NCBI GenBank assembly: GCA_038087875.1 | Contig: CM075983.1 | Span: forward strand, 46,562,001 to 46,626,000 | DNA: 64,000 bases | Reading direction: 5' to 3' | DNA from: Malacoraja senta | Lineage: Eukaryota | In this document: positions 37,531 through 49,062 of the stretch, in pieces | Position numbering within the stretch: position 1 is the first letter of the stretch | Layout: every line of letters starts with the position of its first letter | The notes under the pieces: generated by a model | Database searches by the model: none | Told to the model about the DNA's origin: nothing | Seen by the model: only the letters and a program-made list of their open reading frames with translations | Program-made: the position numbers and the translations under genes

Positions 37531-37770
37531 ACAAAAAAATAGGATGTAAATTCCAGTATGTAATTTCAATTCTTTGCTGTTGAGAACCAGGTAACTAAGC
37601 CTTACGGGGACACACACACAACATCCCCCTAAAGGTAAACCAGTGTTTTTTAAACTATTTCAGTGTCATTCAGCCTTGAGTCTTTATCACAAAATTTCAT
37701 TCACCGTTGACTATATTTTCTTATGTTTTTTGGAAATTTTTGTCTTATTCTCCCTTGTGTATAATTCACA

Positions 37771-37900
37771 AGGTCCCCCAACGCAACCGGTTCCCTAACG
37801 CAATATTCCAACACTCACCTGTTCCCCCAACGCAACCCGTTGCCCAATGTAATATTCCACCACTCACGCATAGTCCCTAACTGTGCAGGCGCGGCTCATT
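37771..37900 (-). mobile_element. Fragment of the Helitron family found at 39059-40369
   Basis: Reverse complement of about 40215-40325 (aatgagccg...gcacagttaggg...gagtggtggaatatt...ggggacc). Confidence 0.75.
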
Positions 37901-38530
37901 GGTAGGTAAAAGACAATAATAAATAAAATAATCAACATATATGATGTGTTTATGAGTTCAGAAGCCTGATGGCCTGATGGTAAAAACTGTTCTTGAATCT
38001 GGTGGTACGTGCAGCCATGCTCCTGTATAGTCTGCCTGACGGTAACATGGAGAACAGTCTGCGTGCTGGGTAGCTGTGGTCCTTGATGATGCTGTGTGCC
38101 TTCCGCAGGCACCGCCTGTGGAAAATGTCCTGAATGGCCAGGGAGACAGTTGCCAGTGATGTGCTGTGCCGCCTTCACCACTCTCTGAATTCATTTGCGG
38201 CTGTGGGCAGAACAATTCCCGTACCAGACTGTGATGCAGCCCATCAGCAGACTCTTGATGGTGCATCTGTAGAAGTTTGTGAGGATGCTGGCGTTCATGC
38301 CAAACTTCCTCAGTCTTCTCAGGAAAAAGAGCCGCTGGCGGGCTTTCTTAGTTACTGTGTCCGTATGCAGTGACCAAGAGAGGCCCTCAGTGATGTGCAC
38401 ACCGAGGAACTTGAAGCTGCTGACCCTTTCAACCTCAGCATCATCGATGTGGATGGGGAGGTGTCCACTCCCCTGCTGTCTCCTGTAGTCTACGATCATC
38501 TCTTTAGTTTTGCTGACATTGAGAGAGACC
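37901..38530 (-). mobile_element. Rex1/Babar LINE 3' fragment
   Basis: LNVSKTKEMIVDYRR, VERVSSFKFLGVHIT..LSW, KKARQRLFFLRRLRKF. Confidence 0.9.
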
Positions 38531-39058
38531 CTGCAAAGATGCATTCTCAGCCCCACACTTCATTCCCTATATACTCATGACTGTGCATCCAAACTCTGTT
38601 CCAACTCCACTTACAAGTTTACAATGACACTAGCATAATAGGCTGGATTTTGAACAATGATGAGCAGGGGTAAAGGTACGAGATAGAGAGCTTAGTAACA
38701 AAACCTCTCCCTCAATGTCAATAAGATGTAGGAGCTAGTTATTGACTTCAGGAAACAAGGTGATGAACATGCGCCAGTCGGCAGCAATGGGGCCGAAACA
38801 GAGATGGTCAAGAGCTCCAGGTTGCATGGCATAAAGATCACCAACAATTTGTTCTGGAACAACCACATTGGAGTTACACGAGAGTGGCTTGCTGCCTTTT
38901 TGAGGTTTCTGATCTTCAGAGATCCACACCACCCTGGGTACACTCGCATACACAGGGCATAAATATCAGCTACAGAAATGGGCAGAGAAATGGCTGATGG
39001 AGTTTAAACTGAGCAAGAATGAGGTGTTGCAATTTGGTAGGTTGAATGCAAGGGGAAA

Positions 39059-40369
39059 TCTATCTATCTATATCTATCTTCTATCTATACTAGTACTAAA
39101 ACTCTCATCTTGTCCTCTTCTGGTTTGCACTGTTTTTTAATTTGCGCAAGAATGGTACCATATATCACTAGGATTTTTTCGTCACCTTACTCGCCATTCT
39201 CCTCTGCTCAAAGCACACCAGGTTTTGTTCCGATCGGTGGAATATTACAAAAGTTATGAAGGATTAAAAATCGTGAGATCTGCAGATTGGTCTTCTCGCC
39301 TGTCAGTCACCATGAAGGTAACGTCCCTTCCAGCACACGCTGTCAATCACCGGGGCGAGGGCCATAAAGTCCTGGAGGCGGGGCTGAGTCCAGAGTCCGT
39401 GAGTGAGAGAGTCCAGAGTCCCTGAGTGAGAGGATCCAGAAGCCGCGAGTGAGTGAGCCCAGCCCCCCAGCCTGAGAGCCGCACCAGCCACACAGCCCGA
39501 GAGCCGTCCAGCCCGAGAGCCGCCCAGCCCATGAGCCGCCCAGCCCAAGAGCGGCCAAGCCGCCCGACTCGAGGGCCGCCCGTCCGCTCGGCCCGAGAAC
39601 CGCCCAGCCCGCAAGCCGCTCGGCCCTAGAGCCACCCGGCCGCCCGGCCCGAGAACCGCCCAGTCCGAGTGCTGCCCAGCCCGAGAGCCGCCTAGCAGTC
39701 CAGCCCGAAAGCCGCCCAGCACGAGAGCCCCCCACACAACCCCTCCCTCACACACAACCCCTCCCCCCATACAACACCTCCCCCCACACAATCCCTCCCC
39801 CACACAACCCCACCCACCACACAACCCCTCCCCCAGATGACCCCTCCCCCCCACATCCCCTCACCCACACACAACCCCTCCCCCCATACAATATCTCCCC
39901 CCCATACAATATCTCCCCCCACACAACCCCTCCCCCCACACAACCCCCCCCCCCACAAGCCCCCCTGCCCACAAACCCCCTGCCCACAACCTCTCTCCAC
40001 CCCCACATCCCCTCCTCACCCCCTCCCCCACACCACCCTCTCCCCCTCCTACACTCCCACACCCACACCCCCCCCTCCTCTCCTCCCCTCCCACCCACAC
40101 CCCCCTTGCCACACAGCCCCCCCCCTCCCCTCCTCCCCTCTCCTCCCCACCCCTCCCCTCCTCCCATCCCACACATGAAGAGGAGGGGGAGGGAGTGCTG
40201 GGGGATGAGGGGAAATGAGCCGTGTCTGCACAGTTAGGGGCTATGTGTGAGTGGTGGAATATTGCGTAGGGGAAACGGGTGAGTGTGGAATATTGCGTTG
40301 GGGAATGGGTTGCATTGGGGGACCTGGCATCCCATGTGACTGGGACCCAAAGGGTCCCACTTAGTCTAG
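39059..40369 (+). mobile_element. Non-autonomous Helitron with internal minisatellites
   Basis: 5' TC(TA..), 3' hairpin GGGACCC-AAA-GGGTCCC (40342-40358) followed by CTAG (40366-40369). Inserted between A and T with no TSD, inside a CR1 fragment that rejoins as gcaaggggaaa|tatacagttaa. Confidence 0.88.
39455..40175. repeat. GC-rich ~16-nt minisatellite (cagcccgagagccgcc-like) followed by C-rich (cacacaacccctcccc-like) repeats
   Basis: Directly visible degenerate tandem units inside the Helitron. The minus strand has G-quadruplex potential. Confidence 0.85.
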
Positions 40370-41068
40370 TATACAGTTAAAGGCAAGACCCATAACAGCA
40401 TGAATGTAAAGAGGATCTTGGGGTCCAAGTCCATAACTCCCTGAAAGTAGCAACGCACAGCTTTAAGGTGAGGGGCAAACTTTAAAAAGGAGATGTGTGG
40501 AACAAGTTTTTTTTTACATAGAGGGTGGTGCTGGAGGCAGATACACTTGTGATGTTTCAGAAGATTTTAGATAGGTGTATTGATATGCAGGGAATGGAGC
40601 AATATGGATCATGTGCAGGAAGAAAGGATTAGTTTAGATTGGCATCATGTTCAATACAGACAATGTGCGCCAAAGGGTGTGATCCTGTACTCCAGCATCT
40701 CTGGAGAACATGGACAGGTGACATTTTGAGTTGGCACTGAGGGGGTCAATGTTTTCCAGAGATGCCGCCACACAAGCAAAATTACTTTGTGTTATTTTTG
40801 TAAACCAGCATCTGCAGTTCCTTGTTACACTGAATGTAAGTTCCGTCCACGATAAGGAACATTTTTGGGGTGGTGGCTAGCTAGTGGAAACAAAAGTGTA
40901 GTAGGAAGGAACTGCAGACGATGGTTTACACTGAAGATAGACATAAAATGCTGGTGTAACTCAGCAGGACAGGCACATCTCTGGAGAGAAAGTATGGGTG
41001 ACATTTAGGGTTGAGACCATTCTTCAGGGTTCCTTCTATCCAGAGATGCTTCCTGTCTTGATGAGTTA

Positions 41069-41858
41069 TGGGCTTGTCCCACTTGGACATCATTTGCGCG
41101 TCATTTAGGCGACAGGCCGATAGTGACTGACGCGCGACGTAACACCAAGACGCAGCAGAATTTGGAAACGTCATCCCATCACCCATTCCTTCTCTCCAGA
41201 GATGCTGCCTGTCCCACTGAGTTAAAGAGTGCCCACGGTATACTCACGAGTCACTACGATACACTCACGGGCTAGTACGTTCTTACGAGTTTAAAAGTTT
41301 AAAATTTTTACTTCAAGAGTAAATTTGACTCGTGGAAATCTTTCATCATGTTGAAAGATTTTCACAAGTTAACAAGTTTCCCGAGTACCTGCCGTTAGCG
41401 TTACGAGTTCCGACGTTCCCGCTACGTTCATTCTACGTGATTACCACGAGTTTGATTTGTTTTAAACTCGGGACCACTTGTGGGTGGACTCGCACCGTGA
41501 GACATGGGTTTTACAGATCAGCCAGGCAGGAGTACAACAAGAAAGGCTAGCAAGAAACACCGGAAGAGGTCTGTGTGGACGAGGTTAGAGGTTAAATGAC
41601 GCATAAAAGGCGGGCCGACTGAGTATGGGGGGCGCGCGACGTCGCATGTTTTCCGGACGTTGACGCACGGTGACGTCACCACACGATACACGTGCGACGT
41701 CGGGATGTCAGCGTGCGTAAGCGATACATCACGCAGGTGGCGTGCGAGGATTTCGGTATGCGCTATGCACGCTTCACCCACGCGCCCCCCACGAGTCGAC
41801 CAATTTTCTACATGACACGTAAATGAGGCGCAAATGACGCCCAAGTGGGACAGGCCCT
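41069..41858. mobile_element. PIF/Harbinger-type MITE containing a pLTR fragment and a second, decayed MITE (about 41225-41510)
   Basis: Outer TIRs (T)GGGCTTGTCCCACTTGG / CCAAGTGGGACAGGCCCT with TTA duplication (41066-41068, 41859-41861). The inner element shares tttcccgagtacctgccgttagc and ttaccacgagtttgattt with the 709-1006 family. Confidence 0.82.
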
Positions 41859-42503
41859 TTACTCCAGCATTTTGTGTCTATCTTCGGAAGGAAATCTTTG
41901 ACTGAAAGTTGGGTGTGACTGAGAAACTGCTTCTACTTGTGCTTATGTTTTCACTGCAACAAATACCTTACAGAGAGCTTCCAGTATAGTGATCATTACA
42001 GCTATGCATGCTGCCCATTTTAATCACATTTTTTCTCTGCATTTAATGTTCTAAATATCTTGGGAAATTAGCAATAATTGAATGTCACTCTCACAAACCT
42101 CCCTGGCCCAGCAGAAGAGATAATTCACTATGGATGAGATTGGAGATTTGTTGTAGTCTTTGCAATGAAAAAGTGAATCTATTGAATTGCATTATTCATT
42201 GTATTATTCCTTTAATAATATACACCTTCCATCTTAGATATTACCTAATAACAGGAAACTAGTATGAAATTAATTCAATATTTTAACCAATAGACATATT
42301 AATATAATTAATGTTACTAATATAATCAGTCAATAGACAATAGACAATAGGTGCAGGAGTAGGCCTTTCGGCCCATTGAGCCAGCACCGCCATTCACTGT
42401 GATCATGGTTGATCATCCACAATCAGGAACCCGTTCCTGCCTTCTCCCTATATCCCTTGACTCTGCTATCTTTAAGCGCTCTATCAAACTCTCTCTTGAA
42501 AAC

Positions 42504-43310
42504 ATCCTGATTGGACTGATCCAGGATGGGGAAGAATCTGCCTACAGACAGGTTGGCACAGCTGGCGTCCTGGTACCATCACAACAACCTGAAGCTCAAT
42601 GCTCTTAAGATGGTGGAATTGATTGTAGACTTTAGGAGAGCTCCCCCTCCCCATCTGTGGAGTCACATCTGTGGAGTCATTTAAGTTCCTTGGAACCATC
42701 ATCCCCAAAGACCTTAAATGGGAAGCCACCATTGACACCACAGTCAAAAAGGCCCAACAGAGGATGTACTTCCTACATCAGCTGAGAAAACACAATCTTC
42801 CACAGACAATGATGGTCCAGTTTTATACTGCCACCATAGAGTCTGTCCTCACCTTCACTATCATGGTCTGGTTTGGCTCAGCCACCAAGCATGGCATCCG
42901 GAAGCTGCAGCACATCATTCGATCAGCCGAGAAGATTGTTGACTGCAACCTTCCCCCCATGGACGAACTGTACACTGCATGGGCCAGGAAGTGGGTAAGA
43001 TCATATCTGACCACTCGCACCCTGGCCACAAACTTTTTGAAGCACTTCCCCCTGGAAGGCGACTCCGGATTGTCAAAGCCGCCACAGCCAGACATAAAAA
43101 CAGCTTTTTCCCATGAGCTGTAGCTCTACTCAACAGCCAAACGTTTGTAGCCTCCTTGGGCTCTGGTATTTTATTTCATTCTTCACATGTTTAAATCATA
43201 ATGTTTTATTTTTAATTGTCTACTGTATATCATGTTGTTACTTGCGAGTAAAGCACCAAGGCAAATTCCTTGTATGTATACATACTTAAAATGTATTCAA
43301 TTCAATTGAT
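42504..43310 (+). mobile_element. Rex1/Babar LINE 3' fragment
   Basis: VESFKFLGTII.KDLKW, KKAQQRMYFL.QLRKHNLPQ. Same family as 49063-50600. Confidence 0.92.
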
Positions 43311-44191
43311 TCAATAATTAGTTTTCTAATTAGTACTTCAGTCAGTCCTGTAACTGTGATCCACATAATCCATTTAACTTGAAATTCTGAGGGAAATTCA
43401 TGTAGTATGTGTAGTCTTTAATACGATACTGACAGAGAGGCCATCTCGTCCTTTAGGCTGCTCCCTCATTCTTCAAGATCTTGCCGTTCTTCTACCTCAG
43501 CACCATTTTCCCATCACCATCCTCATCGGTTTCCTAAATACCCAAAACTTTTCAATCTCTGCCTTGCCTTGAATTGATGCAGTGATTGAGAATGCAGAGC
43601 CCTCCCTGGTACAGACATCGAGATTCACGCTTTGACTGGACAGATTTCTTCCATCTCAATGGTTCAATGGAGCTATATTTGTCACGTATGCATATATTAC
43701 ACATTCAGGCGCCATGTTTTGACGCCATTATTCCAAGTCCGATCATCCCAGACGTACTGGAGCAGCTCCCGTGAACCGACGTCCCTCCCCTCATACAGCC
43801 ATCTTTATGCTCCAGCGGTGCCCCCTGCAGCCGACCTTGAAGGCGTTAGAGGCAAAACCCCAGTTCATCCTCCTGCCAGTCCTTGCTCCTCGAATCCCTC
43901 GTGTCGCGTTCAGCTCCTCTGAGTCCTAAACAGTCTATCCCGGATTCAGAATGATGATCTACAACCAAATTGCCTCTGGTTGTAGATCACCCCTCCCTCC
44001 CTGCCCACCACAAGCCAGGGGGAACATCCCCCTGTACCTAGCCGATTGTGCACTGAAATAACTTTTCAATCAGAGCTCCTCTCATTCTTTCAACTTTCCT
44101 AATCTCTTTTTGTCTCTAGAACCACTCTGGTGAACACTTGGTGCAGTCCCACTGTTAATAGTACATCCCTTTTGGGGTGAAGAGACCCAGA

Positions 44192-44472
44192 CTGCACGAT
44201 GGCACAGTGGTGAAGTTGCTGCCTTACAGCGCCAGAGACCTGGGTTCGATCCTGGCTATGGGTGCTGTCTTTATGGAGTTTACATGTTCTCCCCATGACT
44301 GCGTAGGTTTTCTCCAGATGCTCTGGTTTCCTCCCACACTCTGACGAAGTACAGGTTTATAGGTTAATTGGCCAGTAAAAATTGTAAATTGTCCTTGGTG
44401 TGTAGTATTTGGCGTGATTGCAAGCCTCGGTGGGCCAGAGGGCCTGTTTTCTTCTTGTTCTCTAAAGTCTAA
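44192..44472 (+). mobile_element. HE1-like V-SINE
   Basis: Head, V-domain and tail present. Confidence 0.85.
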
Positions 44473-44626
44473 ATACCGTATAATCAGTCTCACTCTACAG
44501 TATATGTCTAGAGTAAGACATATCTGCTAAAATACCCAAATCCCTTTTCAATAAAGGTTAACTTATCATTTACCTTCCCAAACATTTGTTTCATTTACTG
44601 GTTAGCCTTCAGAGACTCACGTACAA

Positions 44627-44727
44627 TACATCAGTCTGAAGAAGGGTCTCGACCCGAAACGTCACCTATTCCTTCGCTCCATAGATGCTGCCTCACCCGC
44701 TGGGCTTCTCCAGCATTTTTGTCTACA
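44627..44727 (+). ncRNA. Solo ~100-nt pLTR unit with intact minimal hammerhead ribozyme-like motif
   Basis: CTGAAGA (44636-44642), extra A, stem II GGGT-CTCG-ACCC, GAAA (44656-44659), CGTC. Flanked by the 9-bp direct repeat cacgtacaa (44618-44626, 44728-44736). Catalytic activity is untested. Confidence 0.65.
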
Positions 44728-44744
44728 CACGTACAAGCATAGCT

Positions 44745-45180
44745 TAGTTAAGTTTTTAGTTTAGAGATTCAGCATGGAAACATGCCCTTTGGCCCACCAA
44801 GTCTGTGTCGACCAATAATCACCCCGTACACTAGGGATAATTTACAGAAGCCAATTAACCTACAATCCTGCATATCTTTAGACTCCGCTCTTAAAAAGAG
44901 CGGAGTCAGGGGATATGGGGAGAAGGCAGGAACGGGGTACTGATTGGGGATGATCATCCATGATCACATTAAATGGCGGTGCTGGCTCGAAGGGCCAAAT
45001 GGCCTACTCCTGCACCTATTGTCTATTGTCTATTGTCTATTGAAACCGGAGCACCCGGAGAAGACTCACGCGGTCACAGGGAAAATGTTAAACTCGGTAC
45101 AGAGAGTACCCAAGGTCAAGATCGAGCCTGGTTTCTGGCACTGTAAGGTAGCAACTCTACCCTTGTGCTACTGTGCTGCT
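44745..45180 (-). mobile_element. V-SINE interrupted by a CR1 3' end (about 44881-45041, plus strand)
   Basis: SINE halves flank gagtcaggggatatggggagaaggcagg...cctactcctgcacc(tattgtc)n. Confidence 0.8.
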
Positions 45181-46152
45181 CATACTTAGGCCCATATGTA
45201 CATTCCAATATCTTACCAATTAAGAAATATTTTATTTTTCCTTTACACACCAAAGTGGATACAATCATATCATTTCCACAATACATTGCATTATTCAGTT
45301 AGTTTTTCAATATCCCCTTGAGTAACCTTCAGATTTTCATCCCTACTTACAATCCCACTTAGTTTAGCAACATCAGTAAACCTGGAAACATGATATTTAG
45401 TCCATTTTGCCCAGTTACTGAAAGAGACCGTGAACAGTGTGGGTTTGATGAACTAGAGAGCATAGGTTTAAGGTGAGAGGAGAAAGATTTAATAGCAACA
45501 TGAGGGGCAACATTTTCCACACAAATGGGGCTTGGTATCTGGATCGAGTTGCCAGAGGAAGTAGTTCAGGCAGGTACAATATGGCATTTAATAGATATTA
45601 AATAGGTTTAGAGGGATCTGGGCCAAATGTGGCCAAATGGGATTATTTTAGGTGGTGATCTTGGTTGGCATGGATATGGTGGGCTGAAGGGCCTATTTCC
45701 ATGCGGTATGATTCTATGACTAGAACCCCTGTGGAGATCCCTTAGTCACAGCCTGCAACCAGAGAAAATATCTCTTATTTCCATTCTTTCTTACTGCCTG
45801 ATAATCAATTATCAAATTATGTCAGCAATGTATCCACAATTTTGTGTGCTTTTTCAATTTTGTATCCCCAAATTTGTAGCCCAACTGAAAACCCATTGTA
45901 ATCCTATATCTGTTCCATTAGTCACATAGAAACATAGAGTCATGCAGCACAGAACTTGCCCATGCCAACCAAGATGGCCCATCTATGCTAGTCCTACCAG
46001 CTTGCATTTGGCTCATAGCCTTCTCATCCTTTCCTATCCTTGTACCTGTCCACATGCTGAGAGAGCTCCAGAAATTTAGTCAGACTGATTTTCCTTTCAT
46101 ACTGTAAATCCCTGCTGCCTCTGCTCAATTTTCTCTTTTGAAAAATATTGGA

Positions 46153-46695
46153 CAGTGTAGTGGCACAGTTGGTAGAGGTGCTGCCTTGCAGCATCAGAGA
46201 CCTGGTTCAATCTTGACCTCAGGTGCTGTCTGTGTGGAATTTGCACGTTCTCCCTGTGACTGCGTGGGTTTCCTCCAGGGGCTCCGGTTTCCTCCCACAT
46301 CCCAAATTTTTTTTACATAGAAGGTGGTGCTGGAGGCAGATACACCAGTGATGTTTCAGAAGATTTTAGATAGGTGTATTGATATGCAGGGAATGGAGCA
46401 ATATGGAATATGTGCAGGAAGAGAGGATTAGTTTAGCTTGGTATCATGTTCTCCCTGTGAAATTTGCACGTTCTCCCTGTGACTGCATGGGTTTCCTCCA
46501 GGTGCTCCAATTTCCTCCCACATCCCAAAGTTTGCAGGTTTATTGGCCCCTGTAAAATTGCTCCTTATGTGCAAGGAGTGGATGAGGAAATGGGATGGCA
46601 TAGAACCAGTGTGAATACGTGATTGATGGTAGGCGTGGACTTGCTGGGCCAAAGAGCCTGTTTCAATGCTGAATCTCGAAAAGTAAAAATAAACT
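46153..46695 (+). mobile_element. V-SINE with internal duplication and an inserted ~145-nt CR1 piece
   Basis: SINE segment aatttgcacgttctccctgtgactgc...cccacatcccaaa occurs twice, on either side of 46305-46451. Confidence 0.8.
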
Positions 46696-47094
46696 AATCC
46701 AATTAATCCTTTCTTAGTGTTCTTTTATTCCTTATCCTGAATTAAAAATCACTTTTGGAAAATTATATATTACTTCTTTAAATGCTAGCCACTTTCTATC
46801 ACCATACCTTTTTGTTCCCTAATTGTACCCACCATGGCATGTCTGTTAGATCCAAGGTCAGTGAACTAATGCACTTGTTGGCAAACTCTATGTAAAATTG
46901 TCAGCTTTGAAAATACTTAGTAAGTCAGGCAGATGTCCAAAGAACCAGAACCAGGGTTAATGTTTCAGTTTGATGACTTCTCACGAGAACTTAGTTAACT
47001 CTTTATACTTTCGAGATACAGAGCGGAAACAGGCCCACCAAGTCTGGCTGACAACCAATCACCCCATACACTAGGGACAAATTATAATTTTACT

Positions 47095-47294
47095 NNNNNN
47101 NNNNNNNNNNNNNNNNNNNNNNNNNNNNNNNNNNNNNNNNNNNNNNNNNNNNNNNNNNNNNNNNNNNNNNNNNNNNNNNNNNNNNNNNNNNNNNNNNNNN
47201 NNNNNNNNNNNNNNNNNNNNNNNNNNNNNNNNNNNNNNNNNNNNNNNNNNNNNNNNNNNNNNNNNNNNNNNNNNNNNNNNNNNNNNNNNNNNNN
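47095..47294. other. Assembly gap (200 N)
   Basis: Run of N. The round size suggests a placeholder of unknown true length. Confidence 0.99.
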
Positions 47295-47551
47295 CTGGAA
47301 TCTGACAATGAATCTTGCAATGGAGAGTTTCCATGGGAACAGAAAGCTCTCTGGTTTTGAGTGTGTGTTTCTAGCTCCTTAGTCGCCATTCAGTCATGGA
47401 CTCTGAGAAATGGAGAACCCGAACAATCATATGTGCTGTGGTTTCAAATTCAGCAATTAACCTTTGGTTTGGGTGGGGCGGGGGAATTAATACTGAAAGA
47501 AATATCTTTATTAATGAAGAGAAGTAAGAACCACAAAATTATCCAACAAAA

Positions 47552-47872
47552 TGGCAGCCCAGTGGTGCAGCAGGTAGAGCTGCTGCCTCTCAGCACCAAA
47601 GACCCGGGTTCGATCTTGACGTCAAGCGCTGTCTTTGTAGAGTTTGCAGGTTCTCTCTGTGATCATGTGGATTTCCTCCAGATGCTGCAGTTTCCTCTCA
47701 CATCCCAAAGGCGTGCGGTTCTGTGGGTTAATAGTCCTCTGTAAAATTGCCTCTAGTGTGTTGGGAGTGGATGAGAAAGTGCTATAACATAGAACTAGTG
47801 TGATCGATGGTCGGTGTGGACTCGGTGGGCCGAGGGGCTTGTCTCCATGCTTTATCTCAAAAATTAAACTAA
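47552..47872 (+). mobile_element. HE1-like V-SINE
   Basis: Head, V-domain and tail present. Confidence 0.85.
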
Positions 47873-48502
47873 AGAATTTGGTTTTGCACAACGCAACAGT
47901 TATGTAATTCTCATGGGATTAAAAATATTTAATAGAGGCTTTGATGTGAATACTTGTTCTTGTTCTAGATAATCAGTATGTATTAATGAATAGTTCAAAA
48001 ATAGATAGCAGAAATAATTACCTTCTTGTTTCATCAGCATTATTGTCAAGTTAGATTCAACTAGCATTATCAACATGGTAAATTTTGTATTACATGTTCA
48101 ATTTTCCATTAGTATTTTCTATTAGTTTTTCCTCTTGGTATTTAAGAGGCTTTTAGATGGGCGTGTGGACGTGCAGAGAATGGAGGGATATGGATCACAT
48201 GCAGACAGAGGAGATTAGTTTGACTTGGACATTGTGGGCTGAAGGCCCTGTTCCTGTGCTGTATTGTTCTATGTTCTGTGAAATACTCTATTTGGATCTG
48301 AATTCATTGTTTATTGCTTGGGGCAACTGTAAACTGAATCTGCACAAGGCATAGCCTAGGGGATACTTGATTAAAAACTCCTCATTATGATCATCCAGAA
48401 ATGACCATAAACCTACAACTAATCAGTGGCTTATCCAAGTATCACCACAATATACCAGCTATTCCTGGCACTATAGTCCAGCTCAAACACCTCATAAAAC
48501 TG

Positions 48503-48708
48503 GTAGGAAGGAGCTGCAGCTGCTGGTTTACACAGAAGATGGACACAATATGCTGGAGTAACTCAGCGGGTCAGGCAGTATCTCTGGATAGAAGGAATGG
48601 GTGACATTTCGAGTCGAGACCCTTCTTGAGACTGAGGAAGCATCACCCATTCCTTCTATCCAGAGATGCTGCCCTGTTGCGCTGAGTTACTCCAGCATTT
48701 TGTGTCTA
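48503..48708. mobile_element. Palindromic pLTR-derived element
   Basis: Perfect 14-bp TSD acctcataaaactg (48489-48502, 48709-48722), inverted arms, and a decayed minus-strand hammerhead-like core. Confidence 0.85.
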
Positions 48709-49062
48709 ACCTCATAAAACTGTATCCATGAAACAACTTACACCTTTACTGCATGTTCAAATCAATGAATATTCACAACTCTCCCATGACAATAAATGCC
48801 AATTGGTACATGTGACAATAAACTGACCTTTGAACCTTTGATTAGGCAGCATCTGTGGAAACACTGAAACATCACCTATCCTTATTCTCAACAGATGTTG
48901 CCTGACCTGTTCAGTTACTCCAGCATTGTGTTTTGTCCAAGGAATGTTCAACAGGTTTGAAGCCTTTCTTCCATAATGTGTCATTATAAAGGAATGGCCA
49001 AACGTCTGAAGAAGGGTCCCATCCCGAAAAGTCACCTACAAAGTCTGAAGAAGGGTCACAAT

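Noticed and set aside
39303-40231. Long Gly-rich and Pro-rich ORFs
   Set aside because: They are translations of minisatellites inside the Helitron.
47071-47389. ORFs spanning 47.1-47.4 kb
   Set aside because: Artefacts of the N gap.
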